Shown here: one piece after another, positions 1-11,183 of the stretch
How positions within the stretch are numbered: position 1 is the stretch's first letter
Layout: each line of letters begins with the position of its first letter
Made by a program: the position numbers and the translations under genes
Notes under the pieces: generated by a model
Seen by the model: the letters and a program-made list of their open reading frames with translations, nothing else
What the model was told of the DNA's origin: nothing
Databases searched by the model: none
Source: Octopus vulgaris
Taxonomy: Eukaryota
DNA length: 64,000 bases
Assembly (NCBI GenBank): GCA_951406725.2
Contig: OX597817.1
Span: forward strand, 42,966,001-43,030,000
Direction: 5' to 3'

Positions 1-2714
1 ATCAATGTATGAATAAACGTAGTAACAACGAATAAAAATAGTAAGATAAATTTTTAAGAACTTGCTGCGGGCATCGACCGGGAGTTGAAGAAGAAAGTAA
101 GTTGAATTGGGAGTTTAAATTGCAGAATCGTAATGGTAATGGCGATTTTCAAGTTTTAGCATAAGAAGAAGAAGAGGAGGAAAGAAAGACCGCCAATGGC
201 GGAAAGAAGGGAAGAGATGGGATTACGGCTTGAGGTAGCCTAAGGTTAAATTTTGTAGAGAGAGAGATAGGAAAGATAAATCAAGTTATGGCGAAGGCTT
301 GAAAGTAGCCTAAAAGGTTAAATTTTCGTAAATTTTCGATGGGTAAGACGAATCAAGTTATCAATGTATGAATAAACGTAGTAACAACGAATAAAAATAG
401 TAAGATAAATTTTTAAGAACTTGCTGCGGGCATCGACCGGGAGTTGAAGAAGAAAGTAAGTTGAATTGGGAGTTTAAATTGCAGAATCGTAATGGTAATG
501 GCGATTTTCAAGTTTTAGCATAAGAAGAAGAAGAGGAGGAAAGAAAGACCGCCAATGGCGGAAAGAAGGAAGAGATGGGATTACGGCTTGAGGTAGCCTA
601 AGGTTAAATTTTGTAGAGAGAGAGATAGGAAAGATAAATCAAGTTATGGCGAAGGCTTGAAAGTAGCCTAAAAGGTTAAATTTTCGTAAATTTTCGATGG
701 GTAAGACGAATCAAGTTATCAATGTATGAATAAACGTAGTAACAACGAATAAAAATAGTAAGATAAATTTTTAAGAACTTGCTGCGGGCATCGACTTGGA
801 GTTGAAGAAGAAAGTAAGTTGAATTGGGAGTTTAAATTGCAGAATCGTAATGGTAATGGCGATTTTCAAGTTTTAGCATAAGAAGAAGAAGAGGAGGAAA
901 GAAAGACCGCCAATGGCGGAAAGAAGGGAAGAGATGGGATTACGGCTTGAGGTAGCCTAAGGTTAAATTTTGTAGAGAGAGAGATAGGAAAGATAAATCA
1001 AGTTATGGCGAAGGCTTGAAAGTAGCCTAAAAGGTTAAATTTTCGTAAATTTTCGATGGGTAAGACGAATCAAGTTATCAATGTATGAATAAACGTAGTA
1101 ACAACGAATAAAAATAGTAAGATAAATTTTTAAGAACTTGCTGCGGGCATCGACCGGGAGTTGAAGAAGAAAGTAAGTTGAATTGGGAGTTTAAATTGCA
1201 GAATCGTAATGGTAATGGCGATTTTCAAGTTTTAGCATAAGAAGAAGAAGAGGAGGAAAGAAAGACCGCCAATGGCGGAAAGAAGGGAAGAGATGGGATT
1301 ACGGCTTGAGGTAGCCTAAGGTTAAATTTTGTAGAGAGAGAGATAGGAAAGATAAATCAAGTTATGGCGAAGGCTTGAAAGTAGCCTAAAAGGTTAAATT
1401 TTCGTAAATTTTCGATGGGTAAGACGAATCAAGTTATCAATGTATGAATAAACGTAGTAACAACGAATAAAAATAGTAAGATAAATTTTTAAGAACTTGC
1501 TGCGGGCATCGACCGGGAGTTGAAGAAGAAAGTAAGTTGAATTGGGAGTTTAAATTGCAGAATCGTAATGGTAATGGCGATTTTCAAGTTTTAGCATAAG
1601 AAGAAGAAGAGGAGGAAAGAAAGACCGCCAATGGCGGAAAGAAGGAAAAGATGGGATTACGGCGTGAGGTAGCCTAAGGTTAAATTTTGTAGAGAGAGAG
1701 ATAGGAAAGATAAATCAAGTTATGGCGAAGGCTTGAAAGTAGCCTAAAAGGTTAAATTTTCGTAAATTTTCGATGGGTAAGACGAATCAAGTTATCAATG
1801 TATGAATAAACGTAGTAACAACGAATAAAAATAGTAAGATAAATTTTTAAGAACTTGCTGCGGGCATCGACCGGGAGTTGAAGAAGAAAGTAAGTTGAAT
1901 TGGGAGTTTAAATTGCAGAATCGTAATGGTAATGGCGATTTTCAAGTTTTAGCATAAGAAGAAGAAGAGGAGGAAAGAAAGACCGCCAATGGCGGAAAGA
2001 AGGGAAGAGATGGGATTACGGCTTGAGGTAGCCTAAGGTTAAATTTTGTAGAGAGAGAGATAGGAAAGATAAATCAAGTTATGGCGAAGGCTTGAAAGTA
2101 GCCTAAAAGGTTAAATTTTCGTAAATTTTCGATGGGTAAGACGAATCAAGTTATCAATGTATGAATAAACGTAGTAACAACGAATAAAAATAGTAAGATA
2201 AATTTTTAAGAACTTGCTGCGGGCATCGACCGGGAGTTGAAGAAGAAAGTAAGTTGAATTGGGAGTTTAAATTGCAGAATCGTAATGGTAATGGCGATTT
2301 TCAAGTTTTAGCATAAGAAGAAGAAGAGGAGGAAAGAAAGACCGCCAATGGCGGAAAGAAGGGAAAAGATGGGATTACGGCTTGAGGTAGCCTAAGGTTA
2401 AATTTTGTAGAGAGAGAGATAGGAAAGATAAATCAAGTTATGGCGAAGGCTTGAAAGTAGCCTAAAAGGTTAAATTTTCGTAAATTTTCGATGGGTAAGA
2501 CGAATCAAGTTATCAATGTATGAATAAACGTAGTAACAACGAATAAAAATAGTAAGATAAATTTTTAAGAACTTGCTGCGGGCATCGACCGGGAGCTGAA
2601 GAAGAAAGTAAGTTGAATTGGGAGTTTAAATTGCAGAATCGTAATGGTAATGGCGATTTTCAAGTTTTAGCATAAGAAGAAGAAGAGGAGGAAAGAAAGA
2701 CCGCCAATGGCGGA
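1..2714. repeat. Tandem satellite, 358-359 bp unit, about 7.6 copies visible, continues upstream of the window
   Basis: Unit start ATCAATGTATGAAT recurs at 1, 360, 718, 1077, 1436, 1794, 2153 and 2512, with only a few substitutions or 1-bp indels between units. The array ends at a (TA)n tract. Confidence 0.98.
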
Positions 2715-2810
2715 TATATATATATATATATATCAGACGCCATGATAGATCGTTAGCCACTACACACATTTTTTTCTCTCCTTGTTTCACTCCTTGTTTT
2801 TTTTGTGTCC

Positions 2811-2846
2811 CTTTCTCCAGAAGAGCGTAGGCTCAAAAGATAAAAG
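2811..2846 (+). ncRNA. Degenerate minimal hammerhead-like scaffold in a Penelope-type repeat fragment (probably inactive)
   Basis: CTTT-CTCCAGA-A-GAGC gtag GCTC-AAAA-GA-TA-AAAG. Stem I (CTTT/AAAG) and stem II are intact, but both core boxes are mutated. Confidence 0.45.
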
Positions 2847-2934
2847 ACTTTTTCTATTCCTGAGCGTTATACTAATACATCTGTTTGTTTTGTACACCAC
2901 CTGTCTTCGTCTTTTGCTTTTTTTCGTAAACTCT

Positions 2935-2982
<48 letters not shown>

Positions 2983-3050
2983 CATCATCATCATATATAT
3001 ATATAGAGAGAGAGATAGATATATACTTTATTTTAAAGCAGCAGAAATAT

Positions 3051-3103
3051 AACAAAAGCTGTTACTCAGAGTTTCACATTCCTGTTAGTCTGACAGTTTT
3101 GTT
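3051..3103 (-). ncRNA. Degenerate type-I hammerhead ribozyme motif
   Basis: Minus strand reads AACAAAACTGT-CAGACTA-ACA ggaa TGT-GAAA-CTC t GAG-TA-ACAGCTTTTGTT. All three stems, GAAA and UH are present; the CUGANGA box has two mismatches. Confidence 0.65.
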
Positions 3104-3700
3104 AGAATGGAACAGAAAGAATGATATAATTGAAACTAGTTAAAGGATGCACCTTTGAAAATGGATTTGTTTCATTGGTCCTTTTAATTAACAGTTTTAA
3201 GCATGCAATGAACAAAATAAACAAAATAAATGAATTCAATATAAATTCATCCTACTATAAAAATCGAGGAAAACCTTAAATCAAAGAGTGGATTCAAAAT
3301 ACATATTGTAAATAATTATATACGAAATATAATTCAATTAATACATTAAAATAAAATTAAAATTTTCCCGCTGCATTACATAAATATTTTACAACAGTAT
3401 ATACGCATACTAGACCATCTATAATTAAAGCGCTTTTGGGGGCTGCTTTATTTGAATTCTTAATATCAGGTAACTAATTTCATGATATTATGTAACTGAC
3501 TTCACAATTTGGGTATTCATAGCTTCTTGGGATTTCCTAAAAACAACATGCTATGTAAGACAGTTCGGTATTCTTTGTAAATGCACAAAAAACATTTTAA
3601 GGGATACATACTTTGTTATTGGATTAGAAAAACAAATAATGAGAATAGAACCAATGGATAAGCCCCACTTTTCCAGGAATTACCAGGTATGTCAGATAGT
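3104..3700 (-). mobile_element. Probable Penelope-like element 3' remnant
   Basis: Lies directly upstream of the 3051-3103 hammerhead on the same strand. Decayed translation contains YPLKCFLCIYKE, which resembles the CxLC motif near the C-terminus of PLE GIY-YIG proteins. Confidence 0.4.
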
Positions 3701-3708
3701 ATATATAT

Positions 3709-4063
3709 ATCATCATCATCATCATCATCATCATCGTTTAGCGTCCGTTTTCCATGCTAGCATGGGTTGGACGGTTCAACTGGGGTCTGTGAAGCCGGAA
3801 GGCTTCATCAGGCCTAGTCAAATCTGGCAGTGTTTCTACGGCTGGATGCCCTTCCTAACGCCAACCACTCCGTGAGTGTAGTGGGTGCTTTTTACGTGCC
3901 ACCCGCACAGGTGCCAGACAGAGCTGGCAAACGGCCACGAATGGATGGTGCTTTTTATGTGCCACCGGCATGGGGCCAGGCGAGGCTGGCAACGGACACG
4001 AACGGATGGTGTCCGTTGCCAGCCTTGCCTGGCCCCCGTGCCGGTGGCACATAAAAAGCACCA
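3709..4063 (-). mobile_element. RTE LINE 3' end with (GAT)n tail and an inverted 5' segment
   Basis: Matches the 3' part of the RTE at 31440-32545. 4011-4063 is the reverse complement of about 3946-3998. Confidence 0.8.
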
Positions 4064-4210
4064 TATATATGTATATATATATATATATATGTATATAAAC
4101 AAAATTTTTTTTCAGAATGAGAAAAAAAACCAAGGCCATGAAGATTTTAGAACATTTATAGATAAGATATCTTATCTAAATTAACTATTGCTTAACCATT
4201 TTCTCACACT

Positions 4211-4258
4211 ATCTCCGATGAAGGGATATAAAAAATATCCCGGAAACAGCTGTAAGAT
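4211..4258 (+). ncRNA. Minimal type-I hammerhead ribozyme (U4C core variant), predicted cut 4254/4255
   Basis: ATCT-CCGATGA-A-GGGATAT aaaaa ATATCCC-G-GAAA-CAGCTG-TA-AGAT. Stem I is ATCT/AGAT, stem II is 7 bp, stem III is palindromic. Confidence 0.8.
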
Positions 4259-4479
4259 CTTCTATTTATAAATGTTATAAAATCTTCGCAGCCTTGGTTT
4301 TTTATCTCATTCTGGAAAAAATTTTTTTTTATATATACACATGCTGATATATGACCTACGTTGGACTCATTCACATAATCACCAAACCTGGAGCTTATGT
4401 ATGGTCTGTTCATAGCACTTACTCAGCATTACCTGACACCTTTGGGTCTTATTGACACCATCACCTCTCATAACCTCTT

Positions 4480-4528
<49 letters not shown>

Positions 4529-4561
4529 AACTAACTATGACTTAATTTTCCCTCTCACACC

Positions 4562-4613
4562 GTCTCCGATGAAGGGATATTATTAATTAATATCCTAGAA
4601 ACAGTTGTAAGAC
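4562..4613 (+). ncRNA. Minimal type-I hammerhead ribozyme (U4C core variant), predicted cut 4609/4610
   Basis: GTCT-CCGATGA-A-GGGATATTA ttaat TAATATCCT-A-GAAA-CAGTTG-TA-AGAC. Stem I is GTCT/AGAC, a compensatory change relative to the first copy. Confidence 0.8.
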
Positions 4614-4678
4614 CTTCTATCTATAAATGCTCTAATATCTATACAGCCTTGGTTTTTTATCTTATTAGGCAAAAAATT

Positions 4679-4715
<37 letters not shown>

Positions 4716-4716
4716 G

Positions 4717-4763
<47 letters not shown>

Positions 4764-5202
4764 GATGAACTTCTTTCAGCTTCCACCTACCAAATTCATA
4801 TTCACACATGAAGCTTTGGTTGGCTATAGTAGATGACACTCGTTTTGGGTGTCACTGACTGGGGTTGAACTCAGAACCATGGCATTGGGAAACAAACATC
4901 TTATCACACAGCCATGCTTGTACCTACACATACTACTTCCCATGAAAAAATTTTATGATGTAAAGAAAAGAATAATCAACTATGTTACAACTTTGATATG
5001 ATGGCATCAGTAAATTAGCCAAATTCTTAGAACAGTAGGGCAAAATACTAGTACCTTTTGCGTGGTACCATCACCAGAGCTTTTTATGTGGCACCAAGTA
5101 CCTTGCGAGACAAAATGTGATGGATATATTTTTTTTATGAATTGGTAAGTTTTAAAGATCAGTTCAAAAAATGAATGTGAATATTTTCTTTTTTTCTTTC
5201 AG

Positions 5203-5370
5203 AAACCTCTCTTAAACCTTCTGATCCTCAATGGATTGGTGCCTGGTGGCTAGGATTCCTTACTTTTGGTTTTGCAGCCATATTAATGTCAGTGCCATTA
5301 TTTTTATTCCCAAGAAAATTAAAAGAAAATGAAAATGTACCAGAGAAGAAAAAGACTTTATCCTTCAAAG
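5203..5370 (+). CDS. SLCO: SLCO/OATP organic anion transporter, internal exon (TM6 signature)
   Basis: Bounded by tttcag and gtaatt. Translates TSLKPSDPQWIGAWWLGFLTFGFAAILMSVPLFLFPRKLK, matching the OATP signature D-x-RW-(I/V)GAWWxG(F/L)L. Phase 1-1. Confidence 0.95.
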
Positions 5371-5529
5371 GTAATTATAGCGCTCATGTGGAAATGCTTT
5401 AAACCAAAATTACAATTTCATTAAAAAAAACTAAAATCATAAAATATGCTAGTACTTAAAATATTAATTGAATTATATAAATTTTAATAATGAGATATAT
5501 TTGCTTAAGAAACTATCAGTTCAAAAATG

Positions 5530-5955
5530 AAGTGGCTGTGTAGTAAGTAGCTTGCTTACCAACCACATGGTTCCAGGTTCAGTCCCACTGTGTGGCGCCT
5601 TGGGCAAGTGTCTTCTACTATAGACTCAGGCCAACCAAAGCCTTTTGAGTGGATTTGGTAGATGGAACCTGGAAGAAGCCTGTCATGTATGTGTGTGTGT
5701 GTGTGGGGGGGTGTATGTGTGTGTGCGCATGTGTGTGTGTGAGTGTGCCTGTGTTTGTGTGTCTGTATTTGTCACCCTAACATCGCTTGGCAACCGATGC
5801 TGGTGCACTTACGTCTCTGTAACTTAGCAGTTTGGCAAAAGAACTGATAGAATAAATACTAGGCTTAAAAGGAATAAGTCCTGGGGTCGATTTGTTCAAC
5901 TAAGGGCGGTGCTCTAGCATGGCTGCTATCAAATGACTGAAACAAATAAAAGAAT
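5530..5955 (+). mobile_element. tRNA-derived SINE family A (internal TA/TG microsatellite)
   Basis: Head GTGGCTGTGTGGTAAG...GGTTCAGTCCC and tail ...GACTGAAACAAGTAAAAGA. At least 12 copies in the window. Confidence 0.85.
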
Positions 5956-6417
5956 ATATTGGATCTCAAAAATTCTTTATATCACTTGATTCCAAAACTT
6001 CTTTTCTGATGAAAAAATTGCATGAATATTCTTCTCAGTTTGACACCACAGTAAAATTTCATGCCTATATGACAAGCTCTGACAAGCTCTTTCTAATTAA
6101 TATTGTTCTACTTTGGGAGGGTTATGCTGTAAGCGAAGACATAAATACTGGTTGTAGTTCACTTCAGTTTAATTGTCAATTAATTAGATAGTTACATATT
6201 TAATATTTGGCTAAAATAATTGATTGATTAATTCATTCGTCAAAGTTCTTTGATCACAGCCTGTGACCTTATCATTGATGATGTGGCCATTAAGTACCTT
6301 TTACACATACATTATAACTATATCCTTGTTCTTTGCTCTTAATACTGTGTCTGTCAGCGAATTTCAACTGACTGCACTTTAATAAGCAGGCTGTTACCAA
6401 GTCTTTTTCTCTGTGTG

Positions 6418-6504
<87 letters not shown>

Positions 6505-6507
<3 letters not shown>

Positions 6508-7366
6508 CCGGTGATACGTAAAAGCACCATTCGCTCGTGGCCGTTTGTCAGCTCTGCCTGGCCCCGTGTCGGTGGCACGTAAAAGCACCATCCGTTCGTG
6601 TTCGTTGCCAGCCTCGCCTGGCCCCGTGCCGGTGACACGTAAAAGCACCATCCGTTCGTGGCCGTTTGCCAGCTCTGTCTGGCCCCGGTCGGTGGCACGT
6701 AAAAGCACCATCCGTTCGTGGCCGTTTGCCAGCTCTGTCTGGCCCCGTGTCGGTGGCACGTAAAAGCACCATCCGTTCGTGTCCATTGCCAGCCTCGGCT
6801 GGCCCCCATGCCGGTGACACGTAAAAGCACCGTCCGCTCGTGGCTGTTTGCCAGCTCTGTCTGGCAACCGTGTCGGTGGCACGTAAAAGTACCATCCGTT
6901 CGCGTCCGTTGCCAGCCTTGGCTGGCCCCCGTGCCGGTGACACGTAAAAGCACCGTCCGTTCGTGGCCGTTTGCCAGCTCTGTCTGGCCCCGTGTCGGTG
7001 GCACGTAAAAGCACCATCCGTTCGTGTCCGTTGCCAGCATCGCCTGGCCCCGTGCCGGTGACATGTAAAAGCACCATCCGTTTGTGGCCGTTCGCCAGCT
7101 CTGTCTGGCACCTGTGCAGGTGGCACATAAAAAGCACCATCCGTTCGTGGCCGTTTGCCAGCTCTGTCTGGCACCTGTGCGGGTGGCACGTAAAAAGCAC
7201 CCACTACACTCACGGAGTGGTTGGCGTTAGGAAGGGCATCCAGCCGTAGAAACACTGCCAGATCTGACTGGGCCTGACGAAGCCTTCCAGCTTCACAGAC
7301 CCCAGTTGACCCGTCCAACCCATGCTAGCATGGAAAGCGGACGCTAAACGATGATGATGATGATGA

Positions 7367-7369
<3 letters not shown>
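6505..7369 (+). mobile_element. RTE LINE 3' end with about 12 tandem 60-62 bp units and a (GAT)n tail
   Basis: TAAAAGCACC recurs about every 60 bp from 6520 to 7190. 7130-7350 is nearly identical, in inverted orientation, to 3730-3950. Confidence 0.85.
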
Positions 7370-7431
<62 letters not shown>

Positions 7432-7549
7432 TACACTGTATATTTATAAATATGTAGATAGATATATAGACAGATAGATTGTATGTATGTGTGCATGCAT
7501 ATGAATTTTAATTGGGCTGATGACAGAATAGTGTGGGGGCGTATGTGTG

Positions 7550-7589
<40 letters not shown>

Positions 7590-7844
7590 GGAGGGTTGCA
7601 TGTGAATAGAGATACCATACCAATTAATGCTACCGTTAACATGCTTCAATAAGCAAAATAAAAAAAATGAACAACAAGCCTGGAATTGTTTGATAGAACA
7701 ACTATAAGGACAAGAAGAGTTATTACAACAATAAAATACACACATGTGTGTGTGCGTGTATATGTGTGTGTGTGTGTGTGTGCGTGTGTGTGTGTGCATG
7801 TGTGAGTGCATGTGTGAGTGCATGTATTCATATATACATAATGT

Positions 7845-8150
7845 AGGTGTAAGGTTTAGTGGTAAGGGTGTTCAGTTCATGAGTGTAAAGTAATGAGTTT
7901 GATTCTCTGTGGCACATTACGTCCTTGAGCAAGACACTTTATTTCCTGTTGCTCCAGTCCTCTCACCTGGCAAAAATGAGTTGTACCTGTATTTCAAAGA
8001 GCCAGCCTTCTCACATTCTATGTCATGCTGACTCTCCCTGGATATGCGTGTCTGTGGAGTACTCAGCCACCTGCACGTTGATTTCATAAACAGGCTGTTT
8101 CGATCATTAGATTGACTGGAACTCTTGTCATCATAACTGATGGAGTGTCA
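7845..8150 (+). mobile_element. tRNA-derived SINE (head D, tail shared with 41382-41570)
   Basis: Contains CTTGAGCAAGACACTTTATTTC and CTGTGGAGTACTCAGCCACCTGCACGTT. Confidence 0.7.
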
Positions 8151-8151
8151 G

Positions 8152-8735
8152 ATCATCATCATCATCTAACGCCTGTTTTCCATGCTGGCATGGGTTGGAC
8201 AGTTTGACTGAGGTCTGGAAAGCCAGTAGGCTGCACCTGGCTCCAATCTGATCTGGCAATGTTTCTACAGCTGAATGCCCTTCCTAACGCCAACTGCTCT
8301 GAAAGTGTAGTGGATGCTTTTCATGTGTCACCAGCACAGGAGCCAGTCGGGAAGGCCTGGCATCGATCACGTTTGGATAGTGCTTTTTACGTGTCACCGG
8401 CACAGGAGCTAGTCAGGTGGGCCTGGCATTGATTACATTCAGATGGGGCTTTTTACATGCCATTGGCACAGGAGCCAGTTAGGCAAACCTGGCATTGACC
8501 AAGTTCATATGGTGCTTTTTACATGCCATTGGCATGGGAGCCAGCCAGGCAGACCTGGCATTGACCACGTTCGGATGGTAGTTTTTATGTGCCACCAGTA
8601 TGGGAGCCAGTCAAGGAGCACTAACATCAACCACATTCAGATGATGCATTTTATGTGCCACCGTAACAGGGGCCAGTTAGGGGGCACTGGCCACAGCTAC
8701 GATTTTGGTTTTACTTGACTCAACAGGTCTTTTCA
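8152..8735 (-). mobile_element. RTE LINE 3' UTR copy with about 60-bp repeats
   Basis: CATCATC...CATGCTGGCATGGGTTGG followed by repeated TGGTGCTTTTTACATGCCA. Confidence 0.8.
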
Positions 8736-8751
8736 ATATATATATATATAG

Positions 8752-9116
8752 GTACTGGAGTGGCTGTGTGGTTAAGTAGCTTGCTTACCAACCACATTGT
8801 TCTGGGCTCAGTCCCACAGCATGGCACTTTGAGCAAGTGTCTTGTGAGTGGATTTTGGAGATGGAAACTGAAAGAAGCCCATTATATATATGTATATGTA
8901 TATATATATATGTGTGTGTGTGTATGTTTGTCCCCCCGCCAACATCGCTTGACAACCAATGCTGGTGTGTTTACATCCCTGTAACTTAGTGGTTCGGCAA
9001 AAGAGACCGATAGAATAAGTACTAGGCTTACAAAGAATAAGTCCTGGGATCGATTTGCTTGACTAAGGGCGGTGCTCCAGCATGGCCGCAGTCAAATGAC
9101 TGAAACAAGTAAAAGA

Positions 9117-9118
<2 letters not shown>
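8752..9118 (+). mobile_element. SINE family A
   Basis: Similarity to 22031-22457. Confidence 0.85.
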
Positions 9119-9155
<37 letters not shown>

Positions 9156-9164
9156 TCTTAAACA

Positions 9165-10497
9165 AGAATATTATTGATAATGGCTTTAAAGTTTTGGCCA
9201 GTTAAGCCATCATCAAACTGTGATCCATTGAAGCTAGTCTTGGTTTTATATAGTTTCTGTTGAGTTAAAATCTGCCTTAGATATGTGGATTTGAATGGAG
9301 TAGTTATTAGGTTTTAAGGTGGGTTGTGATGCAAAAATGTTTTGGAGATATTTTTATTGATTAAATTTAGTGCTATGTCATTGCTTAAAATTTATTCATG
9401 CATGTAGAGCTTTGTAAGCAGGTGTGTATATTTATATATTTAGGTGAGTTCACTTCAGATCATAGGATTGTTTTTAGTGGTTCATAAAAAGGATATAGAT
9501 AGGTATAGAAAGCTTTTTTAGTTAGTGGATGTGCCAATAGTTTTAGTTCATCATCATCATCATCATCATCATCGTTTAATGTCTGCTTTCCATGCTAGCA
9601 TGGGTTGGACGATTTGACTGAGGTCTGGCGAACCAGATGGCTACCCCAGACTCCAATCTGATCTGGCAGAGTTTCTACAGCTGGATGCCCTTCCTAATGC
9701 CAACCACTCCGAAAGTGTAGTGGGTGCTTTTACATGCCACCAGTACGAGGGCCAGTCAGGCGGTACTGGCAACCGCCACGCTCAAATGGTGCTTTTCATG
9801 TGCCACCTGCACAGGAGCCAGTCCAGTGGCACTGGCAACGACCTCACTTGAATGTTTTTTAAATGTGCCACCAGCACAAGTGCCAGTAAGGCGACACAGG
9901 TAACAATCATGCTCGAATGGTGTTTTTTACCTTCCAATAATAATAATTTTGTCGTGCATAGTGCTCAGGTGCACTACAAATCATCAAAGGTGCATGTATA
10001 GTACATAGAATTATTTGGTTGTATTGAATTTAATCCTTTGCTTTGATCAAAGCTTAGTTCAAAGTTTATGCCGGTATTTAAAAACTTAGGAAGTGAGTGA
10101 TTCAGCATTTTTGTAATTGAATGTTTTAGGGATTCACAAAAGAATTTAGGTTGAGTTTATTCATTGAACATGTCATGGTGCTGTTAGTATAGAAATTTGT
10201 TTAACTTATGCTTGTTTTTCTTGTCCTATGCCAACCTGCAACACAGGACACAGCTAAATATACACATCTGCTCACAAAGTTCTACATACATGAATAAATT
10301 CTAAACAATAACACAACCCCAAATTTAACCAATAACAATCCACCCTAAAACCTTATAGCCATGCCTCTCAAACTCACACAACCAATGAAGATTTTAACTC
10401 AACACAGACTATATAAAACTAAGATTAATTTCAATGAATTGCAGTCCACTGATGGCTTAACTTGCTGAAACTTTGAAGCTACTGTCAATAATATTCT
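9165..10497. mobile_element. Inverted pair of Penelope-type ends, each with a decayed hammerhead (9179-9220 minus, 10442-10484 plus), interrupted by an RTE copy at 9549-9935
   Basis: 9165-9435 is a diverged reverse complement of 10255-10497. Joint consensus: CAGT-CTGATGA-TGGC ttaactn GCC-GAAA-CTTTAAAG-CY-ACTG. Confidence 0.6.
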
Positions 10498-10930
10498 CAT
10501 CATCACCATCATCGTTTAACATCCATTTTCCATGCTGGCATGAGTTGGACGGTTTGACTGGGGACTGACAAGCCAGCAGGCCGCACCAGGCTCCAATCTG
10601 ATCTAGCAATGTTTCTACAGCTGGATGCCCTTCATAACGCCCATCACTCTGAGAGTGTAGTGGGTGCTTTTTACGTGCCACCGGCACAGGAGCCAGTCAG
10701 TCAGCACTGACATCAGCAACATTTGGATGGTGCTTTTTACGTGCCACTGGCACAGGAGCCAGTCAGGGCTGGCATCGACCATGTTCGGATGGTGCTTTTT
10801 ACATTCCACCTGCATGAGGAGCCAGTCAAGCAGCACTGGCAAAGACCCACACGTGAATGGTGCTTATTGCATGCCACCAGCATGGGAGCCATTTAGGCGG
10901 CACTGACATCGGCCACAACTACAATTTCAG
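10498..10930 (-). mobile_element. RTE LINE 3' UTR copy
   Basis: Same motifs as 8152-8735. Confidence 0.8.
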
Positions 10931-11151
10931 TTTATGAATAATAATTTGTACTCTACAAAATTGATTTTATTACAACTGAACATGAAAACAATTAACATAT
11001 ATATTACACAGCTATAAATAATAGTGTATAATATGTTAGGTTAAAAAAAGGCGGTGAGGTGGCAGAATTGTTTGCATGCTGGGAAAAATGCTTAGCAGCA
11101 GCATTTCGTCCATCTTTACATTCTGAGTTCAAATTCCACTGAGTTTCACTT

Positions 11152-11152
11152 T

Positions 11153-11183
<31 letters not shown>

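Larger units (their letters stand above)
4091..4680 (+). mobile_element. Penelope-type pseudo-LTR cluster: two direct copies plus an inverted partial copy
   Basis: About 4180-4330 and 4530-4680 are direct repeats, each carrying a hammerhead. 4091-4175 is an inverted copy of about 4253-4330. The cluster is flanked by (TA)n. Confidence 0.7.

Noticed and set aside
1-359. Relation to the Drosophila 359-bp satellite
   Set aside because: Only the length coincides; I recognise no sequence similarity.
1-2714. Satellite as a hammerhead-containing retrozyme array
   Set aside because: The size fits, but I found no CUGANGA...GAAA core with stems on either strand. The nearest (TTGATAA...CGAAA on minus) lacks proper stems.
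3791-3815. CTGATGA-AGCC ttcc GGCT in the RTE 3' UTR (minus strand; also near 7274) as a hammerhead
   Set aside because: The hairpin is followed by TCAC, not GAAA, and there is no stem I or III.
5040-5145. Extra SLCO exon ending at TTG|gtaagt
   Set aside because: It would leave an intron of about 58 nt, and I saw no OATP-like translation.
6354-7318. 236-268 aa ORFs and CRISPR-like periodicity
   Set aside because: The ORFs result from a stop-poor 60-bp tandem repeat. There are no unique spacers and no cas genes, and the context is eukaryotic.
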